From contig CAZUYW010000001.1 in assembly GCA_964624775.1 (NCBI GenBank), forward strand, positions 1 to 61,239: a stretch of 61,239 bases of DNA, read 5' to 3'. A program made the translations under genes and the position numbers. Every line of letters begins with the position of its first letter. Position 1 is the first letter of the stretch. Shown here piece after piece: positions 12,676 through 24,231 of the stretch. This DNA comes from an uncultured Iamiaceae bacterium (GTDB taxonomy: Bacteria > Actinomycetota > Acidimicrobiia > Acidimicrobiales > Iamiaceae). Below the pieces are notes generated by a model. The model was given only the letters and a program-made list of their open reading frames with translations, did not search any database and had not been told where the DNA came from.

Positions 12676-12783
12676 CGTGTAAGGAAATCACCGAATCGTT
12701 GATTCCACAAGTCGACGGGTCGCTACTTCGGGTTAACGAGCCGTCGGCTGAGCTGTCATTCGCGACCAATGAGACACTCAGAT

Positions 12784-13482
12784 ATGGTCGCCGACGTGGC
12801 CCGGACCGACTGGAACCCCGTCCTGCGCGACGAGCTCGACGCCCCGTACTTCGCCGAGCTGCGGGCGTTCGTGGCCGACGAGCGGGCCCGCCACGCCGTG
12901 TACCCGCCCGATCCCGAGGTGTTCGCGGCCCTGCACCTCACCCCCTACGCCGACGTCCGGGTGCTGATCCTGGGCCAGGACCCGTACCACGGTCCCGGCC
13001 AGGCCCACGGGCTGTGCTTCTCGGTGCGCCCGGGCCAGGCCGTCCCGCCATCGCTGCGCAACATCCACGCCGAGCTCGAGGCGGATCTCGGCTGCCCGAT
13101 CCCGGACCACGGTTGCCTCGACGCGTGGGCCGAGCAGGGCGTGCTGCTGCTCAACGCCACGCTGACCGTGCGGGCGCACCAGGCCGCGTCGCACCAGGGC
13201 AAGGGCTGGGAGCGCTTCACCGACGCGGTCATCGCCGCCGTGAACGCCAAGCCCGAGCGGGTCGTCTTCATCTTGTGGGGCGCCTCGGCCGGCCGGAAGG
13301 CCTCCTTGATCGACACCTCCCGCCATGTGGTCATCCGGTCGGCTCATCCCTCGCCGCTGTCGGCCCACCGCGGCTTCCTCGGGAGCCGCCCGTTCAGCCG
13401 GGCCAACGCCGCCCTCGAGGAGGCGGGACGGCCGCCCGTGGACTGGTGCATCCCGCCCCGCGCCGCCCGACCTTCGGGGTGA
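12784..13482 (+). CDS. ung: Uracil-DNA glycosylase family 1
   Basis: GQDPYH, GLCFSV, LLLNATLTV, HPSPLS; exact start uncertain (12769/12784/12796). Confidence 0.96.
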   Translation: MVADVARTDWNPVLRDELDAPYFAELRAFVADERARHAVYPPDPEVFAALHLTPYADVRVLILGQDPYHGPGQAHGLCFSVRPGQAVPPSLRNIHAELEADLGCPIPDHGCLDAWAEQGVLLLNATLTVRAHQAASHQGKGWERFTDAVIAAVNAKPERVVFILWGASAGRKASLIDTSRHVVIRSAHPSPLSAHRGFLGSRPFSRANAALEEAGRPPVDWCIPPRAARPSG

Positions 13483-13509
13483 CCCGGCGCCTTCGGTAGC
13501 CTCGGCTCC

Positions 13510-15741
<2,232 letters not shown>

Positions 15742-15870
15742 CGCTGCGTGACCTGACCGGCTCGCTGCGCGCGGCGCGCCTGGTTGTGGCACACTCGTCT
15801 GGTTCGGCGGAACGCGGCGGCCCACCCCGGTCTCGGATCCCCGCCGGACGCCGACCCGTCCGGAGGACCC

Positions 15871-17271
15871 ATGCGACCCTTCCCCATCCGCCTCGGTGCC
15901 CGCACGCGCGCCATCGCTGCCGCCGCCACCCTCGGCGCGATCACGCTCGTCGCGCCCGGCCCGGCCCACGGCGTCGACCAGGACCTCCAGGTCAGTGCCA
16001 CGAGCGGTGCCCCGGGTGACACGATCGACGTCTCGTCGGCCAGCTGCGTCGCCGACGACACCAACGATCGGGCGCTCGACGTGCGCCTCGTGTCGGGCGT
16101 GGCCCCGGACCTCGTCCTCGGCGGGGTGGGCACCGGCTACGACGGTGACCCCGCCACGATCGTGATCCCCGACTGGCTCGACCCCGATGCCCCGGCCCAG
16201 ATCCTCGCCACCTGCCAGACCTACGACTTCGACACGGACACGGTCACCGACTTCCCGATGGACCCCGTCGACATCGACGTCCTGCCCGGGGCCGGCCCGG
16301 TCACCCAGACGGCCACCCCGAGTCGCACCTCGCTGCTCGCTGGCCAGGCGTTCTCGGTGCACGGCACCGGCTGCGACGGCGCCGACCTCGCCGCCGTGGT
16401 GGTCCTCTCGGGTGCGGACATCCCCGGCGGGGACTACGGCGACACCGTGGGCGAGGGGATCGACCTCGTCGAGTCCGCCACCTTCGACGTCGACACCGCG
16501 CTGAACAACGCCTCCACCGAGGCGGCGTTCTCCCAGGAGGACGGCGGTCCCGTGACCATCGACGAGGTCGCCGAGATCCCGATGGACATCCCGCCCGGGA
16601 CCTACACCGCGGTGCCGTACTGCCTCACGCTCGGCAAGAACGCGATCATCAACCTGGTGCTCCCGTCCACCACGATCGAGGTGACCGGTGCGGCGCCCAC
16701 CGGTGCGGTCGACCTCACCGTCCCCGCGAACACCCGCGACGTCACCCTCGCCGGCAGCGAGTGCACCACCGGTGACGTGAGCTACGAGCTCGGCGGGGAG
16801 GACGTGCGCAACGTCTTCGGCCCCGACGACCCCACCGACACCACGGTCCCCGTCACGACGGTGCCGCTCGCCAGCGCCCGGGGGGCCAAGCCGACCGCGG
16901 TCGCCCCGCCGTCGCCCTTCGGCGACCACTTCGCCGCCCTGCGGGCCAAGGCGGGCCAGCGCGTGGTGCGCCACACGGCCCGGCTCATCCCCGGTGACGA
17001 CTTCGTCGACGGCACGGTGACGCCCGACGGCGCCGGCAGCTGGTCGGTGCAGGACGAGGTCGCATTCGACGTCGGCCTGGTCGACGGGTACGCGATGTGC
17101 GGCGATCCGCTCGCCGAGGGCTGGCTCTACGACCCCCAGCTCGCGGCCGTGCAGGTGACCCCCACCATCGAGACCACCACCACCACGACGGCCCCGACCA
17201 CCACGACCACCACCCAGCCGCCCGCCACGGGCGCGGCGCCGATCGCCGGCACGCCCACCTACGCCGGCTGA
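15871..17271 (+). CDS. Secreted acidic protein with three Cys-paired beta-rich repeats, Thr-rich stalk and C-terminal PTYAG
   Basis: GGAGGA SD before ATG 15871; signal peptide ending PAHG; poly-Thr tract; ends APIAGTPTYAG-stop. Confidence 0.8.
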   Translation: MRPFPIRLGARTRAIAAAATLGAITLVAPGPAHGVDQDLQVSATSGAPGDTIDVSSASCVADDTNDRALDVRLVSGVAPDLVLGGVGTGYDGDPATIVIPDWLDPDAPAQILATCQTYDFDTDTVTDFPMDPVDIDVLPGAGPVTQTATPSRTSLLAGQAFSVHGTGCDGADLAAVVVLSGADIPGGDYGDTVGEGIDLVESATFDVDTALNNASTEAAFSQEDGGPVTIDEVAEIPMDIPPGTYTAVPYCLTLGKNAIINLVLPSTTIEVTGAAPTGAVDLTVPANTRDVTLAGSECTTGDVSYELGGEDVRNVFGPDDPTDTTVPVTTVPLASARGAKPTAVAPPSPFGDHFAALRAKAGQRVVRHTARLIPGDDFVDGTVTPDGAGSWSVQDEVAFDVGLVDGYAMCGDPLAEGWLYDPQLAAVQVTPTIETTTTTTAPTTTTTTQPPATGAAPIAGTPTYAG

Positions 17272-17296
17272 CGCGGCGCGGTCCTAGGGTCGGGGC

Positions 17297-17905
17297 GTGC
17301 CCGCGCTGATCCTCGCCTCCGCCTCGCCCCGCCGCGCCGAGCTGCTCGGGCGGCTCGGCGTGCCGTTCACGGTCGCACCCACCGACGTCGACGAGACCCC
17401 GCGCGCCGGCGAGGCGCCCGGGCCGCTGGTCCGCCGCCTCGCCGAGGAGAAGGCGGGGGCGGCGCTGGCCGTCACCGCCGATCCCGATGCCGTGGTGCTC
17501 GCCGCCGACACCATCGTGGTGCTCGACCGCGTGATCCTCGGCAAGCCGGCCGACGGCCGGGCGGCGGCCTCGGCGCTGCGCACCCTGTCGGGCCGCACCC
17601 ACCTCGTGCTCACCGGGGTGGCCGTGGCCTCGCGGGCGGGCGGGGTCGCGGTCGACCTCGAGTCGACCGAGGTCACCCTCGACGACCTGAGCGACGAGGA
17701 CATCGCCTGGTACGTGGCCACGGGCGAGCCGCTCGACAAGGCCGGTGCCTACGGGATCCAGGGTCGGGGTGGGCTGTTCGTCCGGTCCATCCGCGGCAGC
17801 TGGGACAACGTCGTGGGCCTGCCGCTCGCCCGCACCCGTCACCTGCTCGCCGCCGCGGGGATCGGGCTCGGCGGCGCCACGGGCGATCAGCCGCCGCTGG
17901 TGTAG
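17297..17905 (+). CDS. maf: Maf-family nucleoside triphosphate pyrophosphatase
   Basis: ILASASPRR, AADTIV, GKP, DKAGAYGIQG, NVVGLP. Confidence 0.94.
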   Translation: MPALILASASPRRAELLGRLGVPFTVAPTDVDETPRAGEAPGPLVRRLAEEKAGAALAVTADPDAVVLAADTIVVLDRVILGKPADGRAAASALRTLSGRTHLVLTGVAVASRAGGVAVDLESTEVTLDDLSDEDIAWYVATGEPLDKAGAYGIQGRGGLFVRSIRGSWDNVVGLPLARTRHLLAAAGIGLGGATGDQPPLV

Positions 17906-19041
17906 GCGTCGGCGCCTGAACCGAGCAGGGCGGGGCTGTCCCGGTCGTCCCAGAACCCCTCGGGCACCGTGATCGGCTTCGGCCCGTGCTGGTGGCCCCG
18001 TGGCAGGCCCACGGCGTCGACGGGCAGCTCGATCGCGGGGTCGATCTCGTCGAGCACGGCCTCGAACGCGGCGAGGTCCTCGGCGAGCACGAGCCGGCGA
18101 CGCACGTCGGGGCCCACCGGATAGCCCTGCAGGTACCAGCCCACGTGCTTGCGGATGTCCTTCACCCCCACCTCGTCGCCGTGCCAGTCGGCCAGGCGGC
18201 GCGCATGGTCGCGGAGGGCCTCAACGACCACGCCCGTCGGCGGCGCGGTGTCGGCGACCTCGCCCGCGAAGGCGCGGGCCAGATCACCGAACAGCCACGG
18301 TCGCCCGAGGCAGCCGCGGCCGACGACCACGCCGTCGCACCCCGTCTCGTCCACCATGCGCAGCGCGTCGGCGGCCACCCAGATGTCGCCGTTGCCGAGG
18401 ACGGGGACGGTGCGCACCGCCTCCTTCAGCCGAGCGATCGCGGACCAGTCGGCCCGTCCCGAGTACGCCTGCTCCGCGGTGCGGGCGTGCAGCGCCACCG
18501 CAGCGGCCCCGGCCGCCTCGGCGATCGGGCCGGCGTCGAGGTAGGTGAGGTGGTCCGTGTCGATGCCCATGCGCAGCTTCACCGTGACCGGCACGTCCCG
18601 CGCCCCCTCGACCGCGGCGCGGACGACGTTGGCGAACAGCGTGCGGCGCCACGGCAGGGCCGAGCCGCCGCCGTGGCGGGTGACCTTGCGGACCGGGCAG
18701 CCGAAGTTGAGGTCGATGTGCTCGGCACCGTGCTCCTCGACCAGGCAGCGCGCCGCGTCGCGCAGCACCGCCGGGTTCGTGCCGTAGAGCTGGATGGAGC
18801 GGGGTGACTCGCCCGGCCCGAAGCGGGCCAGGTGGTGCGTCTTGGCGTGGCCCTCGACCAGGCCCCGCGCCGCGATCATCTCGCTCACGTAGAGGCCGGC
18901 GCCGTGGGCGCGGCACAGGGCGCGGAACGGGGCGTTGGTGACGCCGGCCATGGGCGCGAGCACCACAGGCGGCCACACCTCGTGGGGGCCGATCCGGAGC
19001 GGGGCGCGGGTGGCGGGAGCGGTGGCGTCGGCGACGGTCAT
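17887..19041 (-). CDS. dusB: tRNA-dihydrouridine synthase DusB
   Basis: LAPMAGVT, IDLNFGCP, LHART, GNGDI, GRGCLGRPW; ATG 19041 overlaps upstream stop. Confidence 0.93.
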   Translation of the reverse strand: MTVADATAPATRAPLRIGPHEVWPPVVLAPMAGVTNAPFRALCRAHGAGLYVSEMIAARGLVEGHAKTHHLARFGPGESPRSIQLYGTNPAVLRDAARCLVEEHGAEHIDLNFGCPVRKVTRHGGGSALPWRRTLFANVVRAAVEGARDVPVTVKLRMGIDTDHLTYLDAGPIAEAAGAAAVALHARTAEQAYSGRADWSAIARLKEAVRTVPVLGNGDIWVAADALRMVDETGCDGVVVGRGCLGRPWLFGDLARAFAGEVADTAPPTGVVVEALRDHARRLADWHGDEVGVKDIRKHVGWYLQGYPVGPDVRRRLVLAEDLAAFEAVLDEIDPAIELPVDAVGLPRGHQHGPKPITVPEGFWDDRDSPALLGSGADAYTSGG

Positions 19042-20213
19042 GACCCGTCCAGGGTGCCAGCCGGGTCGTGCGATCGCGCAGGCGGCTTCACGTAGCTGCG
19101 GCCGAGGACCAAGATCACCGGCATCGTGAAGAGCAGTGCGCCGCCGAGCATGATCGGCCGCTGCAGCCACCACACCGCCGTGGGCTCGCGCAGCTGCTTC
19201 AGCCCGAACACCTCGTAGGCGAACGTGGCGAACAGCGCCATGCCGGTGGAGTGGAACAGGAACAGGGGCAGCGAGAAGCGGTTGATGACCTCATTGGTCG
19301 TGCGCCACCGCCGGGAGCTGGCGAGGCGCTCGAGGACCCATGGGCGCACGAGCAGGGCCACGCCGGCCTGGAACGAGAGGAGTGCCAGGATGCAGATCGT
19401 CGGCGGTGCCATGTTCGAGAAGCGGTCGCCGGGCACGCCCACCATCGAGCCCGGGTACAGGCGCGAGCCGACGAGTCCGGCGAGGGCGAACAGGCCGCCC
19501 CACATCAGGCCCCAGGCCACCCGCCGACCGGCCGCGACCAGCGGCTCCCAGAAGTAGCCGAGCTGGTGGCAGGTCGCCCACACGACGAAGAAGTTCGCCC
19601 AACCCGCCCACGTCACGTGGTGCGCGAAGCGGGCCGCGTCGAACAGCACGGCGAGCCCGACGCCCCAGACCAGCACGAGCGCCCCGAACCGCTCGTGCAG
19701 GCGGTGGGTGATGGGGAACAGCGCGATCAGGATCAGGTACACGGCGATGAACCAGAGCGGGCTCAGCACCAGCCGGACCACCCGCGGGATCCCGTCGAGG
19801 TCGGTGAGGGCCATGATCACCGTCCCGAGCACCCACCACCCGAACGCCAGCGCCAGCGCCGGCCGGGCCAGGTGCTTCATGCGGTACCAGGCGAACGCGG
19901 TGGTCGATCGGAAGCGGCCCCGGGCGTGACCCGCCTCCCACGCCTCGGTGTGGGCGTAGCCACCCACGAAGAAGAACAACGGCATCACCTGGAACAGCCA
20001 GGTGGCGATGAACAGGCCCCGGGTGAAGCCGATCGGGTTCGAGGCGTGGGGGCCGTCGTGCCGCCAGATCACGATCGTGAACACCCAGTGCCACGCCACG
20101 ACGATGAGCAGGCTCACGGCCCGCACGAAGTCGATGAACGCGTCCCGCCCTGCTGGCTCGGATCCTCCCGTCGGTGCGGTCCCCGTCGTCGGGGGCTGTG
20201 GTTCCACGCCCAT
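19038..20213 (-). CDS. Acyltransferase-3 family membrane protein
   Basis: RDAFIDFVRA, FQVMPLFFFVGG, PLWF, SNMAPP, many TM segments; C-terminal part of the 19038..22067 ORF. Confidence 0.88.
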   Translation of the reverse strand: MGVEPQPPTTGTAPTGGSEPAGRDAFIDFVRAVSLLIVVAWHWVFTIVIWRHDGPHASNPIGFTRGLFIATWLFQVMPLFFFVGGYAHTEAWEAGHARGRFRSTTAFAWYRMKHLARPALALAFGWWVLGTVIMALTDLDGIPRVVRLVLSPLWFIAVYLILIALFPITHRLHERFGALVLVWGVGLAVLFDAARFAHHVTWAGWANFFVVWATCHQLGYFWEPLVAAGRRVAWGLMWGGLFALAGLVGSRLYPGSMVGVPGDRFSNMAPPTICILALLSFQAGVALLVRPWVLERLASSRRWRTTNEVINRFSLPLFLFHSTGMALFATFAYEVFGLKQLREPTAVWWLQRPIMLGGALLFTMPVILVLGRSYVKPPARSHDPAGTLDGS

Positions 20214-20294
20214 CGCGGGATCGTACCGGTGCACCCCCTCGGCGCCCGGGAGCACGAGTGTGGAGAATCGCCCGCAGCGTGCGATGATGGGCCG

Positions 20295-21890
20295 GTGCGT
20301 GACTCCGTCCCCGCCCCGGTCGTCGCCGAGCCGGATCACTGCGATGACGAGCACGACGACTCCCCCAAGGAGGCGTGCGGCGTCTTCGGTGTCTTCGCCC
20401 CCGGGCAGCCCGTCGCCCACCTGACCTACCTGGGCATGTACGCCCTCCAGCACCGTGGCCAGGAGTCGGCGGGCATGGCGGTCAGCGACGGCGAGGAGGT
20501 CACCGTCGTCAAGGACATGGGCCTCGTGTCCCACGTGTTCGACGACCGCATCCTCGCCCCGCTCACCGGCCACCTCGCCATCGGCCACACCCGCTACAGC
20601 ACCACCGGCTCGAGCACGTGGCGCAACGCCCAGCCCGTGTACCGGGGCGTGGGCGACACGCAGTTCGCGCTCGGGCACAACGGCAACCTGGTCAACACCG
20701 GCGAGCTGGCCGAGGAGGAGGGGATGCTCCTCGGCACCGTCGCCAGCGACAGCGACCTCGTGGCCGAGCTCGTCGCCAAGGAGCTCGAGCTCGCCGCGGG
20801 ACGCGCCGATGCCCACGATCTCGACGCGGTCGAGGCCGGTGCCACCCTCGACGCCGCCGTCGCCAAGGTGCTGCCCCGTCTGCGCGGGGCCTTCTCGTTC
20901 GTGTTCATGGACGAGCACCGCGTGATCGGCGTGCGCGACCCCAACGGCTTCCGGCCCCTGTGCCTGGGCCGCCTCGACCAGGGCTGGGTCCTGGCCTCGG
21001 AGTCCCCGGCCCTCGACGTGGTCGGCGCCCACTTCGTGCGCGAGGTCGACCCCGGCGAGATGGTGATCATCGACGCCGACGGCGTGCACTCCATGCGCCC
21101 GTTCCCGCCCGAGCGGGTCAACCCCACGCTGTGCATCTTCGAGTTCGTCTACTTCGCCCGCCCCGACACCCGCCTCTACGGCCAGAGCGTGCACCACGCC
21201 CGCGTCCGCCAGGGCGAGCTGCTCGCCGCCCAGGCGCCCGTCGACGCGGACATGGTGATGGGCGTGCCCGAGTCGGGCCTGCCCGCGGCGGAGGGCTACG
21301 CCCGGGCCAGCGGCATCCCCTACGGCCAGGGCCTGGTCAAGAACCGCTACATCGGCCGCACGTTCATCGCGCCCACCCAGGAGATGCGTGCCCTGGCCGT
21401 GCGCATGAAGCTCAACCCGCTGCGCGAGAACCTCGCCGGCAAGCGGGTCGTCGTCGTCGACGACTCGGTCGTGCGGGGCACCACCCAGCGCCAGCTCGTG
21501 CGCATGCTGCGCGAGGCCGGCGTCGCCGAGGTGCACCTGCGCCTGACCTCGCCGCCGATCAAGTGGTCCTGCTTCTACGGCATCGACACCGGCACCCGCT
21601 CCGAGCTGCTCGCCCACAACCTCACCGTCGACGAGATCCGCGCCTACCTCGACGTCGACTCGCTCGCCTTCATCACGCTCGACAACCTGGTCGCCTCCAC
21701 CGGCGCCACGGGGGCCGGGTTCTGCGCCGCGTGCTTCACCGGCGAGTACCCCGTCGACGTGCCCGTGACCCTGTCGAAGGGCGTGCTCGAAGCCCCCGCC
21801 GACCCCCGCCCGAGCTCGGCCACCGTGACCACGCCGGGGCTCTTCGCCTCCGGCCTCCTCCCGGCGGACGACGCCCGCCGGGGCGGCTGA
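20295..21890 (+). CDS. purF: Amidophosphoribosyltransferase
   Basis: Propeptide then EACGVFG, LQHRGQES, GHTRYST, VVVDDSVVRGTT, FCAACF. Confidence 0.97.
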   Translation: MRDSVPAPVVAEPDHCDDEHDDSPKEACGVFGVFAPGQPVAHLTYLGMYALQHRGQESAGMAVSDGEEVTVVKDMGLVSHVFDDRILAPLTGHLAIGHTRYSTTGSSTWRNAQPVYRGVGDTQFALGHNGNLVNTGELAEEEGMLLGTVASDSDLVAELVAKELELAAGRADAHDLDAVEAGATLDAAVAKVLPRLRGAFSFVFMDEHRVIGVRDPNGFRPLCLGRLDQGWVLASESPALDVVGAHFVREVDPGEMVIIDADGVHSMRPFPPERVNPTLCIFEFVYFARPDTRLYGQSVHHARVRQGELLAAQAPVDADMVMGVPESGLPAAEGYARASGIPYGQGLVKNRYIGRTFIAPTQEMRALAVRMKLNPLRENLAGKRVVVVDDSVVRGTTQRQLVRMLREAGVAEVHLRLTSPPIKWSCFYGIDTGTRSELLAHNLTVDEIRAYLDVDSLAFITLDNLVASTGATGAGFCAACFTGEYPVDVPVTLSKGVLEAPADPRPSSATVTTPGLFASGLLPADDARRGG

Positions 21891-21921
21891 GCCCCGATAC
21901 CGCGAACCGAGGACCGCTCCC

Positions 21922-22953
21922 ATGGGTGAGACGTACGAAGCTGCCGGCGTGAACATCGCGGCCGGCGAGGCCGCCGTCGAGCGGATCAAGGACAAGGTGC
22001 GCTCCACCTTCCGGCCCGAGGTCATCGGCGACATCGGCGGGTTCGGCGGCCTGTTCAGCTTCGCCAACCACCGCTACAAGCACCCCGTGCTCGTGTCCTC
22101 CACCGACGGCGTGGGCACCAAGGCCCTCATCGCCCAGGCGAGCGGTCGCTTCGCGACCATCGGCGTCGACCTGGTGGCCATGTGCGTCGACGATCTGGTG
22201 TGCCAGGGCGCCGAGCCGCTGTTCTTCCTCGACTACATCGCGGTCGGCAAGCTCGACCCCGATCACATCGAGCAGCTCGTCGAGGGCGTCGCCGAGGGCT
22301 GCCGCCAGGCCGGCTGCGCGCTGATCGGCGGCGAGATGGCCGAGCACCCCGGCGCCATGGAGCCCGGCGAGTTCGACCTCGTCGGGTTCGCCGTCGGCGT
22401 CGCCGAGCGCGACGAGCTGATCACCGGGGCCGACATCCGTCCGGGAGACGTGCTCATCGGGCTGCCCTCGCCCGGCATCCGCTCGAACGGCTACTCGCTC
22501 GCCCGGCGCGTGCTCCTCGAGGTGGCCCAGCGCCCGCTCGACGGTCCCGCCTTCGAGGGCGCGCACCACACGCTCGCCGAGGAGCTCCTCACGCCGTCGG
22601 TGATCTACGCGCCGGCGATCCTCGCCCTCCAGCGCGCCGTCGCGGTGCGGGGCGTGTGCCACGTCACCGGCGGTGGGCTCGGCGGCAACCTGACCCGCGT
22701 GCTGCCCAAGGGCGTCGACGCCGCCATCGACCCCGGCACCTGGGAGGAGCCGCGCATCTTCGGCGAGATCCGCCGGGCCGGGGGCATCGACCAGGACGAG
22801 ATGCGCAAGGTGTTCAACCTCGGCATCGGCATGGTGGTGGTGGTGCCGCCCGCCGACGCCTACAAGGCGCTCGACGTGCTGCGGGCCAAGGGCCACCGAG
22901 CCGTGCAGATCGGCGAGGTCGTCAAGGGCGACGGCCAGGTCCGCTTCGCCTGA
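21922..22953 (+). CDS. purM: AIR synthetase
   Basis: YEAAGVNI, DGVGTK, GGEMAEHP, SNGYSL, HVTGGG, FNLGIG. Confidence 0.97.
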   Translation: MGETYEAAGVNIAAGEAAVERIKDKVRSTFRPEVIGDIGGFGGLFSFANHRYKHPVLVSSTDGVGTKALIAQASGRFATIGVDLVAMCVDDLVCQGAEPLFFLDYIAVGKLDPDHIEQLVEGVAEGCRQAGCALIGGEMAEHPGAMEPGEFDLVGFAVGVAERDELITGADIRPGDVLIGLPSPGIRSNGYSLARRVLLEVAQRPLDGPAFEGAHHTLAEELLTPSVIYAPAILALQRAVAVRGVCHVTGGGLGGNLTRVLPKGVDAAIDPGTWEEPRIFGEIRRAGGIDQDEMRKVFNLGIGMVVVVPPADAYKALDVLRAKGHRAVQIGEVVKGDGQVRFA

Positions 22954-22963
22954 CGGCGGCGGG

Positions 22964-23302
22964 TCAGTCCTGCCAGCCGATCGAGCACCACGTGCGGTGC
23001 CCGCAGCTCGGGCAGCGCATCCAGTGCCCGTTGCGCCGCCCGGGGATCCACGCCGTGCCCGACAGGAAGCGCAGGCCGAGGTCGGTGAGGTTGATGCGGG
23101 TCCGCGCCCGGCACGACGAGCACGACACCACGACGGTGCCGGCCTGGCGGGGGCCGGTGGAGAACAGCGCGTCCTTGCCCTCGCGGGGCGTGCCCGAGCG
23201 GATGGTGTCGCGGGCCGCGCTCACCGGGGTGTCGAAGAGCGCTCGACGGCCCTGAGGGTCGAACGAGCGGCGCCGGCCCGTGCCCGGGGCGCGCTCGGTC
23301 AC
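22964..23302 (-). CDS. Small Zn-ribbon protein translationally coupled to ParA
   Basis: GTG 23302 overlaps ParA TGA; two CxxC motifs (CSSC, CPSC); N-terminal GRRALF and GKDALF peptides. Confidence 0.78.
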   Translation of the reverse strand: MTERAPGTGRRRSFDPQGRRALFDTPVSAARDTIRSGTPREGKDALFSTGPRQAGTVVVSCSSCRARTRINLTDLGLRFLSGTAWIPGRRNGHWMRCPSCGHRTWCSIGWQD

Positions 23303-24102
23303 GACTTCTTGCCCTTCTTCGGCAGCAGCTGGGCGGCGAGGTCGCGGTAGGCCTCCGCGGCGCGCGACCGGGGCGCGTGGGTCAGGACCGATCGGCCCCG
23401 TCCCGGCGCCTCGGCGACCTTGACCGACTTGGGGACGTAGGGCTCGAGCACGCCGATGCGGTAGTCGCGGCGGACCTGCTCGACCACCTGGTGGGCGAGC
23501 TTGGTGCGGCCGTCGAACAGCGTCGCGATGGCGCCCCGGACGCGGAGGTCCTCGTTGGTGTAGTCCCGCACGTCCTCGATGGTGTCGAGCAGCTGACCCA
23601 CCCCGCGCTGGCTGAGCGACTCGCACTGGAGCGGGATCAGCACCTCGTCGGCGGCGGTGAGGCCGTTGATGGTGAGGATGCCGAGCGACGGCGGGCAGTC
23701 GACGAGGACGTGGTCGTAGTCGGCCGCGACCTTGCTGAGGGCCTTGCGCAGCACGTACTCGCGGCCGGTCTTGGTGAGCAGGTTGAGCTCGGCGCCGGCC
23801 AGGTCGATCGTGGACGGCAGCAGGTCGAGGCGACCGGCGCGGCCGCCCTCCTCGCGGGGCTCGGGGGTTGGGAGGGGGAGGATCGCGTCGGCGGCGCGCA
23901 CCCGCTTGAGCATCACGTCGTGGATCGAGATCTCGAGCGCGTCGGGGTCCACCCCGCACGCCCAGGTGAGCGACGCCTGGGGGTCGAGGTCGACGAGCAG
24001 CACGGCCCGACCGAGCTCGGCGAGCGCGACGCCGAGCGCGTGGGTGGACGTGGTCTTGGCCACCCCGCCCTTCTGGTTGGCGATCGCCAGGACCGTGGTC
24101 AT
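23299..24102 (-). CDS. Orphan ParA/Soj-family ATPase
   Basis: ANQKGGVAKTT deviant Walker A, DLDPQ, DCPPSLG, FDGRT, AEAP; no parB nearby. Confidence 0.93.
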   Translation of the reverse strand: MTTVLAIANQKGGVAKTTSTHALGVALAELGRAVLLVDLDPQASLTWACGVDPDALEISIHDVMLKRVRAADAILPLPTPEPREEGGRAGRLDLLPSTIDLAGAELNLLTKTGREYVLRKALSKVAADYDHVLVDCPPSLGILTINGLTAADEVLIPLQCESLSQRGVGQLLDTIEDVRDYTNEDLRVRGAIATLFDGRTKLAHQVVEQVRRDYRIGVLEPYVPKSVKVAEAPGRGRSVLTHAPRSRAAEAYRDLAAQLLPKKGKKS

Positions 24103-24231
24103 CCCCCGAGTGTGGCACCGGACCGCGGAGCCCGGCGAACGCGCCCGAGCCGCCGGTCCGGGCCGCGGCGACGCCCGGCGCGGCACCGGTAGGGTCGGAC
24201 GGACCCCCCCCGACCGAGCCGAGGAGCATCG

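Noticed and set aside
17887-17905. Convergent 3' overlaps (maf/dusB 19 bp; GH3/oxidoreductase 11 bp at 31722-31732)
   Set aside because: Short tail-to-tail overlaps are common in compact high-GC genomes
19038-22067. Apparent 1009-aa and 940-aa fusion proteins around purF
   Set aside because: The real genes are the C-terminal parts only (acyltransferase 20213-19038; purF 20295-21890); the extensions are antisense read-through of each other
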